A stretch of DNA of 63,824 nt, filler included, from Reclinomonas americana ATCC 50394 (taxonomy: Eukaryota): NCBI GenBank assembly GCA_048213135.1. It is 5 parts of 5 records of this genome, joined end to end, with 100 filler letters (N's around TTAATTAATTAA, not from the genome) between each part and the next. Parts side by side here need not be neighbours in the genome. Positions count along the whole stretch, not along the records: positions 1 to 18,180 come from PS015430.1; positions 18,281 to 47,033 come from PS015431.1; 3 more parts are not named here. One strand, written 5' to 3'. Under the pieces are notes generated by a model. That model made no database searches. It was not told where the DNA came from and worked only from the letters and a program-made list of their open reading frames with translations. The translations under genes were made by a program, and so were the position numbers. This document shows, piece by piece, positions 11,770 to 23,445 of this stretch (position 1 is its first letter; each line of letters opens with the position of its first letter).

Positions 11770-14700
11770 CTACTCCTCCGCCGCCGCCTCGTCGTCCGCC
11801 AGCACCTTGCGTCGCTTGGTCGGCATTGCCGCGTCACCACGCACGCTGCGCTCGAGTTCCTCCAGCCCGAGACACCCCAATTCATCATCGTCATCGTCGT
11901 CACCCGCATCGTCGCCTTTCTCTTTCTCTGCATTGGCACCGCCTGTCCACTCGCATTCACCCTCGTCGCCGTCGCCGTCGCCGTCTTCGCTCTTCACCAC
12001 CGTGCCGACCCCACTGCCCGACGCACCGTCCATGTCGTCGTCCATGGCTTCGACGGTGGTTGTCGTGGTGGCGGCAGCAGTCTCCGCGACGAGTGGACTG
12101 GTCACTGTTGAGTGCACAAAGGGCAGCAGCGACGCAATCTCGTCCGAGTCGAGCAGGGCGCCACGAGAGAGCTCCGAGTCGGCCGGCTCGCGATCCTCCT
12201 CGGGGAACGTCTCATTGATACCGTCTGTGCAGCCAGGGAGTGTCAGTCAAGCGCGACGCAGTAGCAGAGGCAGCAGCAGCAGAAGACGCACCTCGTCGGA
12301 ACTCAAAGATGCGCTTCAACTCGTCCTTGCCCAACGTGGGGTTCTTGTCGACCACCACGTCGACAATGACGTTGGAGAGCTGGTTCTTGCTCATCTGGCG
12401 CTGCAGCACGCGCTCCTCCAGAGTACCGACGCAGATCAGGCGGTAGATGAACACTTCCTTTTTCTGCCCGTCGCGCCACACACGAGCCTGGTGACGACTC
12501 AGCATGTCAGCGACTGGCTCGAGGAGGGAGAGGGAACACAACAAAGAGAGAGGTCACCATGGCCTGCTGGTCGGCAGCCGGGTTCCACTCGGGGTCGTAC
12601 ATGACGAGACGATTGGCACCGATGAGGTTCAGTCCTTTTTTCGTGGCGAGATGGTGAGCAACGGAGCGATGGCGACGACGGGATTGGGAACAGTACCGAC
12701 ACCACCGGCCTTGGTCGACAGGAGGAACACGCGCTCATTCGACCACGAAGCATTGAAGCGGTCCACTGAAAACGGGGAGGGAGGCGATGAGCGCCACCAG
12801 CACACACACACATGCATGTCTCGCACCACAAGCATAAACACACCAATCTGCTGACGCTTCTCGGCCGCCGTACTGCCGTCGAGACGCACAAAGGCAAGAT
12901 TGAGCGCCTGCAGCATCGGCACCATGCCGTCGAGACTCTGCGAGAAAGCGTCAACAGAAAGACAGACAACGAGACGGGTGGATGGTGACTGAGAGACAGA
13001 CCTGCGTGCTCTGCGACACAATGACCACCTTGTCGGTGGTCTCCTCGCGAATGCGGCTCAACAGGCGCGAGAGGACCAGCATCTGCATGCAAGCACAGGT
13101 CAATACAACTGTGAACCAACGAGCTAGTAAGGACAGCCAGCAAACCTTGCCAGACAGCGAGTAGTCGCCACACAACACGGCACCGTCGGCCAACTGCGCT
13201 TGCAGGTACTCGGGGGCAAACTTGGCGCGCACGCCATCCCACAACTCGTGATCCCACACCTGCTCAATGTCGCCATCGCCCTCCAGCGTGGCCATTTTCT
13301 TTTCTGCACACGACAGCACTCATGAGAAAGCGAAGGAGAGACAGAAATGACGTCCGCTGACTACGACGAACCGGCGGCCTTCAAGATGAGGTCGGGATGC
13401 GACAGCAGCTTGCGCAGTGCTTGAATGTACAAAAAGGCGGCATTCTGCAGAACAGAGACGCAGTCAGTGTAAGGAATGAACGCAGCAGTAGCAGAGCAGC
13501 ACGTGCCTTGTCTTGGCCTTGCGCAGAGCCTCCGCCGCGAGCCGAGATCAGTCGGTTCACAAAGCGTTGCGAGACGAGGTGGGCGTAAATCTCCTCCTGC
13601 AGTGGCGACATGCGCACAAACAGCACCAACTCGGCTGCACGGGCATTGAGGATGAGTGTCACGAGACGCAGTGATGGCGACAACAAAGACAAACCCTTGG
13701 GTGGCAGATGTTTCTGCAAAATGTCGGCCGTGCGACGAAGAAGAAACATTTGCGTGAGACGCATCAGCTCCTGACCACGAGAGGCACCGAGCGCCTTTTC
13801 GGCTGGTGTCGCTGACGGCTCGCGGGAGCGCGTAATGGGTTCACCGAAAATCTTGTTGAAGGTCTTGTCGTCGGCGAGCGAACCTGTACATGTGGAATAC
13901 ACCATCAGCCACACGTACGCGGCGCACGACTGTGAACGGGACTGACCGGGATTGACAAACGAGACGCAGGCGTAGAACTCGGTGAGGTTGTTCTGGATCG
14001 GCGTGCCGGTGAGAATGATGCGACGTGGCGTACGCATTGCGTTGAGGCTCTTGAACGTGGCCACCTGTGTGTGGAGTCAGGCAGTGACACACAAAAAGTG
14101 GAGAGGGCATGGACGTGCGCACCGTGTGGTTCTTCAGCCGATGGCCCTCGTCGCACACCAGCAGGTCGCACGGACATTCGGCGAGCAGCGCTCCCTGCAC
14201 TCGCCACGCGGTGAGATGCAAGACGAGGCAAGGGGAAGAGAGGGAGGGAAGAGAGGCTGGTACGCAACGTGAATACGAAAGTGCTCGTACGAGATGAGCA
14301 GGATGGGCTGAAAGCCGACACGAAAGTCGTTGATCTTTTGCTCCACCACCGCCTTGTTGGTGCCGCCGGAGCACACAATGGTCTTCAGGCGCGACGAGGT
14401 CAGCCACTTGCGAATCTCCTTCTCCCAGTTGTTCACCAGCGACGCCGGCGTCACCACAATTCCTTTTTGCACCAGTGGGCGACCCTGCAGCAACGCGTTG
14501 TGAGCGGTGACAGACAAGGCGGGCGGCGGAGACAAGCACACACCTCCGGCCCATGGTTCGTCAGTGCCCACAGCAGCGAAATGGTCTGCAGGGTCTTGCC
14601 GAGACCCATGCGGTCGGCAAGAATGGCACCGTAGCCGCCAGTGCTGCACAAGTAAAACAATAAAGGAAAGTGAGTGGCCCGCATGCAGTCATCTTGCCGG

Positions 14701-17010
14701 CAATCCCGCAACTTGTTGAGGCCAGTGACGCAGTTGTAGAGGAAGCGCACACCCTCACGCTGATGCGGACGCATCTGGGTGGCGAGGAATGCCTCGACGT
14801 ACACGGGAAAGGCGCCTTGCGAGACGCACATGCTGTGCTCGGCGGCGAGTAGGTTCTCGTCGTCGTTGATCACAAATGCGCCCTGCATCACACACAGTTC
14901 AGGCACCGTCACCATCTTCACCACCACCGAGATCACCAAACCTGCGGCACCACCACTGACGACACTTGCTTCACAATGCCGGTGCTGGCGCGCTTGCGGC
15001 CGCCCAGCAATGACTCGGAAATTGTCACCGCGATGCCCGGCGCCGCGGTTTCGGCTTCCGCGGCGGCAGCGGCGGCAGCCGCCGTAGCCTTCTTGCCCTT
15101 CTTGCCGACAAACTTCTTGTCGACGGCGGCCACACCCGTCACGTTGATGAACACACGGCCGCTGACAAAGTCCTCGTTGGGGATGCGCGACACGACCTCC
15201 ATCTCGTATGAACCGGCCGTCACCGGATCGCCCTCCTTCAGACGGAAGAGTGGCCGACTGACCACCGCTTGCTGTGAGCGAAAGAGTCGGCGACATGAGT
15301 GCAAGAAAGAGACGGGAGTGCGGGGAGAGACAAGGGTGGACGCACGTGCAGCGATTTGCCGCCAGTGTCGAGCAGATTCACTTTGCGCGTGGAGCACGAC
15401 AGGATGCCTGCAGATGGCGACCATGACAATGACGAGGGGAGGNNNNNNNNNNNNNNNNNNNNNNNNNNNNNNNNNNNNNNNNNNNNNNNNNNNNNNNNNN
15501 NNNNNNNNNNNNNNNNNNNNNNNNNNNNNNNNNNNNNNNNNNNNNNNNNNNNNNNNNNNNNNNNNNNNNNNNNNNNNNNNNNNNNNNNNNNNNNNNNNNN
15601 NNNNNNNNNNNNNNNNNNNNNNNNNNNNNNNNNNNNNNNNNNNNNNNNNNNNNNNNNNNNNNNNNNNNNNNNNNNNNNNNNNNNNNNNNNNNNNNNNNNN
15701 NNNNNNNNNNNNNNNNNNNNNNNNNNNNNNNNNNNNNNNNNNNNNNNNNNNNNNNNNNNNNNNNNNNNNNNNNNNNNNNNNNNNNNNNNNNNNNNNNNNN
15801 NNNNNNNNNNNNNNNNNNNNNNNNNNNNNNNNNNNNNNNNNNNNNNNNNNNNNNNNNNNNNNNNNNNNNNNNNNNNNNNNNNNNNNNNNNNNNNNNNNNN
15901 NNNNNNNNNNNNNNNNNNNNNNNNNNNNNNNNNNNNNNNNNNNNNNNNNNNNNNNNNNNNNNNNNNNNNNNNNNNNNNNNNNNNNNNNNNNNNNNNNNNN
16001 NNNNNNNNNNNNNNNNNNNNNNNNNNNNNNNNNNNNNNNNNNNNNNNNNNNNNNNNNNNNNNNNNNNNNNNNNNNNNNNNNNNNNNNNNNNNNNNNNNNN
16101 NNNNNNNNNNNNNNNNNNNNNNNNNNNNNNNNNNNNNNNNNNNNNNNNNNNNNNNNNNNNNNNNNNNNNNNNNNNNNNNNNNNNNNNNNNNNNNNNNNNN
16201 NNNNNNNNNNNNNNNNNNNNNNNNNNNNNNNNNNNNNNNNNNNNNNNNNNNNNNNNNNNNNNNNNNNNNNNNNNNNNNNNNNNNNNNNNNNNNNNNNNNN
16301 NNNNNNNNNNNNNNNNNNNNNNNNNNNNNNNNNNNNNNNNNNNNNNAGCAATCGCATACACACACAGCGCTGCGCGACAAACCGTCATTGTACGTCTTGT
16401 GTTTCTTGTTGGAGCGCTTGGTGTACATCACGCGATAGTACTCATGCTCGCCCTCGCTGTCGGCGGCAGCAGCAGCTGCGGCACCACCGCTGGCCGCAGT
16501 GGCGGTGGTCGTCGTGGTCGTCGTCGTTGTTGCCGGCTTTGTCGCGCCAGTGGCAGCTGCCGCAGCAGCAGCAGCAGCAGCCGGCGACGAGGCGTGCAGT
16601 GGGCGACGAAACGGCAGGCGCACAGTGGCGGCCGCTGTCACGCACAGAGAGAGTCATGACAATGATCACATGCATGCACACACGCACACGCAACGCTTTG
16701 GTGGAGCTGGCGACACAATGGCCACACTACCGTCGCCAGTGGCTGTGGCAGGAGACGCAGGGCGCGGTGCCTTCTTGACGCACTCATCACCACCATCATC
16801 TTCATCTTCATGATCATCAACTCCAGATGATGACGATGATGATGGAGGTGGCGGCGGCGGTGGTGGCTGCGGCTTTGGCGCTGTGCATGCGAGTGAGCGA
16901 GCAAGAGAGAGAGAAGAGAGAGAGAGAATGCACACACCAGCAGGCACCAACACTGGCGACTTGAACCCACCCGCCGCACGCGCAGCCAACAACTGCTTCT
17001 TCGACACCAT
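11770..17010 (-). CDS. RAD54B: RAD54B/Rdh54-like SNF2-family DNA translocase
   Basis: N-terminal [112 protein letters not shown]. Internal N-gap 15443-16346 lies in an intron. There may be an upstream exon. Confidence 0.92.
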
Positions 17011-17689
17011 CCTGCACACACACGCGNNNNNNNNNNNNNNNNNNNNNNNNNNNNNNNNNNNNNNNNNNNNNNNNNNNNNNNNNNNNNNNNNNNNNNNNNN
17101 NNNNNNNNNNNNNNNNNNNNNNNNNNNNNNNNNNNNNNNNNNNNNNNNNNNNNNNNNNNNNNNNNNNNNNNNNNNNNNNNNNNNNNNNNNNNNNNNNNNN
17201 NNNNNNNNNNNNNNNNNNNNNNNNNNNNNNNNNNNNNNNNNNNNNNNNNNNNNNNNNNNNNNNNNNNNNNNNNNNNNNNNNNNNNNNNNNNNNNNNNNNN
17301 NNNNNNNNNNNNNNNNNNNNNNNNNNNNNNNNNNNNNNNNNNNNNNNNNNNNNNNNNNNNNNNNNNNNNNNNNNNNNNNNNNNNNNNNNNNNNNNNCTTG
17401 AGTGAGAGAGAGAGAGAGAGAGAGCAAAGACAACAGAGCACATTTCACGCACACACACACTCAACTCGTCAAAGTGTGTGGTTTGCCTCGCAAGTTGCGG
17501 GAATGACGTCATCCGCCGAGCGAGCACGCGGCGTTGACCAATCTGTCCTGTCGTTTTCTCCGCACGCCAAGTCAATCACCATATAGGAACGCACATCCTT
17601 CTCTCTGTCTCTTTCTCTTTGTCACTTTTGCAGTCACTTCTCGTTGGTCGCCTGCTCTCTCGCGCTCTCTCTCTCTCTCTTGCGCACAC

Positions 17690-18110
17690 ATGAGTCGCGC
17701 CGGCTTATTCAACTTGACCGAGGTGCACACGGGAGGAGGCATGGCCTCGGCAGTGGCTGCTGCCTCCGCCGCTGCTGCTGCCTCCGCCTCCGCACCACAA
17801 GCACACCATCCACTGCAGTTTGGAGTTTCGTGAACACCGTGAGAGACGCATGCCAGTGACGATTCGATCAAAGTGACCTGACTTTTTGTGCTGTGCTGAA
17901 CAGGCGCTGAGACCGACTGTGCGGCCACACTTCAACGTGGTCTCGGAGCAACATCTGTTTCGCATGGCGCGGCAAGTGGGAGCGCAAAAGGTGGTGTATG
18001 GAGCGGGATTGAAACAGCAGCAGCAGCCGCAGCAGCGACCGAACTCGCAGCAAGAGTCGCGGAAGCGATCGCACTCGGTCGATGTGTTGCGCTCCATCAG
18101 ACCCGATCAG
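17690..18110 (+). CDS. 5' part of a hypothetical protein, truncated at a contig end
   Basis: MSRAGLFNLTEV...LQFG | intron | ALRPTVRPHFNVV...IRPDQ | donor GTACGG, then the spacer gap. Confidence 0.5.
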
Positions 18111-18224
18111 GTACGGCACTCACACGTACGCAGTCGGCGTAAGTGAGGGCAGAACACGGGAGTGACTTATGGAGGGGGGTNNNNNNNNNNNNNNNNNNNN
18201 NNNNNNNNNNNNNNNNNNNNNNNN

Positions 18225-18236
18225 TTAATTAATTAA
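18225..18236. other. Artificial assembly spacer TTAATTAATTAA within a 100-nt N gap
   Basis: The identical 12-mer (stops in all six frames) is flanked by 44 N on each side and recurs four times. Confidence 0.95.
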
Positions 18237-18380
18237 NNNNNNNNNNNNNNNNNNNNNNNNNNNNNNNNNNNNNNNNNNNNGTCGCGCAAGAGACTCTCTG
18301 AGAGAGTGAGAGAGAAGAATGTGTGAGCAATGATTGAATGTGTGTGTGTGTGATCGTGTCTATATCGTGTGTCTGATTAC

Positions 18381-18751
18381 CGTAGTACGTCTCCATCCAC
18401 TGAGCTGGTGGCGACAGCAACGGCAGCGAGAGGTAATCCTCCCGTAACCGTAGACTCAACTCCCATACCTGATCAACCACGCACACACACAAAGAGTTTG
18501 AGTGAGTGAGTGAGTGAGTGTGAGAGAGTCAGTGCAAATCGGACGCGGTCTCGACTCTCTTACGAAACGATTGGATAGACTTCATTGGTCCGCGGCTGTT
18601 GAGTGGCAGTCGATGATAATGAGGAGGGCGACTGTGTGTGAGTCATGATGGTGCGAGGGGAGGGGGAGAGCCCGCACAAACGCCGGCGCGATGATGTTGA
18701 TGGTTTGAGGACAATGCCAATCATCGAGTCACACCCGGGACAAACAGGATC
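18381..18751 (-). CDS. Possible 5' exons of a hypothetical protein running into the spacer
   Basis: Short minus-strand exons bounded by GT/AG and microsatellite-containing introns. Frame and start are ambiguous. Confidence 0.25.
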
Positions 18752-18793
18752 AAGGGCCATAAGGACTTCTCGCGCTCATTCTCGCGCTCAAAC

Positions 18794-19852
18794 ATGCGAC
18801 TTGTCACTGCTGTGTTGCTACTGTTGGCGATGTTGTGCCTGTGCGTTGGCACTGCATCGGCGTTTGATTGCGGTTGCTGGGCGAATCGAAGGGATCGAGT
18901 TGCGTTCTTCTCCTCCCCCCCGCCCCACACACACACTCTCTCACACTCACACACCACTGCTGCTGCTATACACGTGCTGTTGCTGTTCGTTGCTGCTGCG
19001 AGAGAAAGTGATGACTGATTGCGAGTGGTTTTTCCCGCGCGCGCTACACAGTCGATCAAGGGCATAATGTGCGCCACCGAGGGCTTCTTTCCCGGCTCGA
19101 TTGAGGGGTGGCAGCTGGAGAAGCGCTACTTTACTGTCAGCTGCCTCAAGTGCTCGTGGGAGAAGTGTGCGATGAAGGAGGAGCCGCCGATGTTGCTGTT
19201 GGAGGAGGAGGAGCAGGTGGAGGTGCCGCCGCCGCCGCCGCCGCCGCCGCTGCAGGCGGAGCAGCCGGTGGGCGATGAGTATCTGAAGCCGTGCTGCTGC
19301 TGGGCCAAGCCCGAGTACTACTGGACAGGCAGCATTCGATGCGCAGGTGAGATGGCAAGAGAAAGAGAGGTGGTCGGGAAGGTGGTGACTGACGGCGAGT
19401 GCAGCCTTCAACCCCATGGCTGTGTCGTCGTGCCCCGGCACCGATCTCGGACAGCGACTGATGGGCGCGTGGAAGGGTGAGTGGCGATGGAAGCGCAGCT
19501 GGGGAACTGCTTGCTGACTTCTTTCTCTCGGTGCGTGCGAGCAGTCAACAGCTACTTCCAGTTACGTGCCTGCTGTTTTTTCCCCTTGCTCCTCTTCCCT
19601 GCTTTCTTTTTTTGCTCACCCCACTCTGCCGCACAGGGAGTTCCGTGCAACGCCGTGCCACGCAACCGATTGTGTCTTTGGTCCTCACGCTCTTCGCTCC
19701 CGCACAGGTGCTTCTTCATCACTAGCGACGACTTGCTGGCGCCCACATTCAGCGAGGAATTCCACCCGGCGGCCACGGCAGCGGCCGTGGAGCGCATGAC
19801 GCCACCTGCCACGACACCAGCAATGGCGGCACCATTGCAGGTTCAACAATAG
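18794..19852 (+). CDS. Secreted cysteine-rich protein
   Basis: Signal-peptide-like MRLVTAVLLLLAMLCLCVGTASA, two CxCWA modules separated by a Glu/Pro linker, and several GT-AG introns. Confidence 0.65.
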
Positions 19853-20596
19853 GAGTGGGGAGACTGAGAGGCAATGACTGCGGTCTGTGAATTTCATGTA
19901 CAAACACTGATCAACAGCACAGCAGCGTGATGATGGTCGCCAGTATCTGGTGAGTGCGGGACTCCGACAGCAGTCAGAAGAAGGAGGTAAGAAGTAGAGC
20001 AGGAGGTGAGTGAGTAAGGAGGAGTTTGGCCTTGCAAGTCCAAACAGCTGTCCGGAGACTGCGATGCGTCAAGAGCGACAGGAGACAGCGACGGAACTGC
20101 ACGAGGAAGAGTGACCAGTATGTCGTCCTTAGCGCGCTTGTGCTTGTTCTGCACCTCACGATCTGCACAATCGAACGACAACCAGAGAATACGATACGGA
20201 AGGAAGTGAGGTGGGGGAGGTATAGCCGGAGACTTCGTGACAACTGTGTAAGTCGATCATGCCTGCGGCGGCGGGGGATCGAATGCCGATCGCGTGGCTC
20301 GAAGTGAGGGGCGTGTACAAAGCGCCATTGTCTTCATGTTCGCAGCCTTGCAGAACCAGGGCAGCTGGCCTTGTCCTCTATTGATATCGAAATCGATTAC
20401 CGATCATGTCATTTATTGACTGGCCTTGGTATTCAAAGCCAAAGTCAGACCGCCTGGTCACTCCTTGCTTCCACTACACACCGCGGCCTCATCTCGGCCG
20501 CCCGCTCGACCGCCGTCTTCTCTTTCCCTCCCACCATCGCATTTCGACGAGCCACTCCAATCGACAGACCACCCAAGCGTTTCATTCGAACTCAAT

Positions 20597-23222
20597 ATGG
20601 CTGAAGTGGAGGCTGCCCCCGCCGCCTCCTCTCCGCAGCACACACCCTCAGCAGTGGCCACCCCGAGTTCCAACACTCCCAGTGTCACCATCGCACAGGA
20701 TGCCTTTCTGGAGATCCCAGCGTTGCGTCTCTGACTCACACCTCCAGCAAAATGGCCGTTATCAGAGACGCTCCTGCGCGCGTGTGCTCTCTCTGCCTCT
20801 CAGTGTGGCACACTGTGCACTCACTTACCGCGTGTCTCACGCGCACACGCACTCTGTCACTGTTACCTCCATCAAGTGCACATTGCGCGGAACAACTGAC
20901 ACTGGCACGCGCCACTCAATCACTCACACACACTCTCACACATACGCACAGAGAGATAGAGAACAGCACAGTCAGCAGCATCCAACGGTGTGAGGGAAGG
21001 AAGGAGACAGAGCGAGTGAGAACGAGAGAACGAGCACTGCGCTAACGATGGCACACACACACCATTCACACCCTCCCTCCCTCCCTCTCCCTCCCTTTCT
21101 CATCCCTCTCCCTTCTCCTTTCCCCACACAGTCGCGTGGTGAGCAAGAGCTTGTTCAATCACAACGAGCTCCGTCGTCGCGAGTCGGTGACCAACTCGGT
21201 GGCGGCCTCCGCACGCGGGGAAGGATCGCAGCAGCAGCAGCCTCCACCACCGCTGGATCGCCGACAATCTGGCATGCCCAATCGAGGCTCACTGGGCGCC
21301 GCCGCCTTTGCCAGTGCAGTGGCCTCGCGTGTGGCGAGCAAGCGCGGAGTGGGAGGTGGGGCGTCGCAGCAGGAGGGAGCGCACAACTCGGAGTGGCATC
21401 GCACCGACTTGGAGGGCGATGGCATTGTCGATCGTATCTATGAGGTAACAAGGAGCGGCGGACGATCCCTCCCCTCACTCCGTTGACTGACTGTGACTGG
21501 CGCGCAGTTGCTGGCACTGCATGCTGTGGATGATGGATTCGATACGCGAGTGGTGCGCTTGCCGCACACGGTGGTGTATGGCCATTCGAACATTAAGAAC
21601 TGGTACACCACGTCGACCAAGGGCGACCTGGTGGACCGGCCGAAGAAGGAGCTCACGTCGCTCAACATTTTCGGGGAGTTCACCGGCGCGGATGTGAGCA
21701 CGATTGTGCCGGGAGGGTTGCCGCTGACGCCGCGCTCGAGTGCGAATGCTCGTCGATCGGGACAGGTGACTGCCCTGCTTCTCTGTCTTGCGTCGCGTCC
21801 ACCAGCACTGAGGCCTCTCTCTCACACAGCCATCGTCTCCAACTGGGTCGTCGGGAGCGGGTGACAATCGTATTGTGGCGTCGTACATTTACACGACGAC
21901 GCAAGACGAGACCAAGACCGTGGTGGAGTACTTTAGCGAGTCGAAACTCATGGAGTTCCTCTTTTACCACAACAAGGATCACAAGATTGGAGTGCTGCAA
22001 AAGTTTGTCGAGCCCAAGGGCGCGGCGGGCACGCCGACGCACAACAGTTGCGCACGAGTCGCCATCATTGGCTCTTTCTCTCTCTCTCTCTGTGTTCTGA
22101 CGTCCTCCCCCCAGGTGTCATTCAGGCCGTGTGGTCCCCACAAGTGTGCGTGGTTGAGCAACGCATCAATCGCAATCGACTCGACGATCCGCGCAAGACG
22201 ATTTTCGAGCGCGCCGTCACCTTTGACGGACCGGCGCAGCTCTCCGACATTCTCGAACCCATCACGCGCACCACACAGACGCGCGTGAACGATGCATGCG
22301 ATTCGATTGTGGCGCACATTGAGCGCATGAAGAAGGGCGTGCGAGTGGCCGGCCTGGTGTGCCACTTCAAGATCGATTCACAGGACCGCCTCAACCTGCT
22401 GTGGTGCAGCAGCTTGCGCGTGGTCAAGGCTGTTGCGTGTGCTTTCTCTCAATAATATCCCTCCCTGCCTCCCTTTTTGTGAAGCTCACTTGTCGGCGCT
22501 CGGCGTGATGCAGAATTTTGCAGAAAAGGCCAAGGGCCAGGCGGCGTTGCACTCGACACTTGCGCGCTCCAACAAGCCAATGAGCATGGGCAACGCGTCG
22601 GCGCTGTCACGGCCGTCGGCCACCGGTGCCGCCATCAACGGCTCCAAAACCTCCACCATGTCGTCGTCGGCAGCAGCAGGGGCGGGCGGCAACCAGGTCG
22701 CGGCCGCCGGCGACACGTTTTTGTGCGATCACTGCGGACGGACGTTCCCGGCTTCGCGCATGTGTGAGATCTCGTATCGCACACTGATGCTGCAGTCGGG
22801 CTTTGATTTCGACGCGGCGGCGGCGGCCATTGCCAGCGACTCCTCCGACGAGACGAGCCAGCGGGGGGCGACGGCGACGGCGGCCAGCAAGTTTGCGCCG
22901 GACGAGGTTCGGCGGTTNNNNNNNNNNNNNNNNNNNNAGCCGCACGTGGCAGCGGTGGCGGTCCTCCGCCGCTCTCCAAGGCGGCCGAGGAAGCTCGTCG
23001 CCGCGTGCAGGAGGTCCAGGAACGCGCCAAGGCCTCGGCCGCAGCAGCAGGTCTAGCCGTAGGCGACGACGACGACGACGATCTGAGCATGGACTCGGAA
23101 GAGACACCAGTTGCGCCACCTCTGATATTGCGTCTTCAGAAAACATGAGAGAGACAACTCCTCCTAACCAACCTGTCGTTTCACAGAAGAACGTCGCCAA
23201 GGCCTCTGACGGTCCCAAGTGA
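20597..23222 (+). CDS. Conserved uncharacterised protein (LEGDG...LQKFVEPKG...ERAVTFDG...FKID...LLWCSSLR family)
   Basis: Multi-exon frame that splices cleanly. The globular core recalls an uncharacterised family of flagellated protists. A CxxC (CDHC) follows the core. Confidence 0.7.
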
Positions 23223-23445
23223 CGAGCAGGGGAGCAGAAGAAGAAAGACGACGAGGAAAAAGATAAAGAGAGGCAGCCAGCTGAGTGATGGAAATACTGT
23301 GTAATGAAAAGTGTTTGTGTGGACAATTGCTGAGTCATACCTCCGCCGTTGAACGCAAAAATCACAAAGCGCGTGAGTGTGTGAGAAAGAGAGGGAAGCG
23401 CTCTTTGTGTGACTCTCTCTCTGTGTGTGCCTGCACGTGCGTGAC

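Noticed and set aside
19478..19480. In-frame TGA between two abutting ORFs (possible selenocysteine or readthrough)
   Set aside because: It lies within a perfect GTGAGT donor of a GT-AG intron (19477-19544) with a CTGAC branch site.
19894..20336. Possible small minus-strand gene between the Cys-rich and LEGDG genes
   Set aside because: There is an acceptor-like site and a short ORF, but no convincing start, donor or homology.
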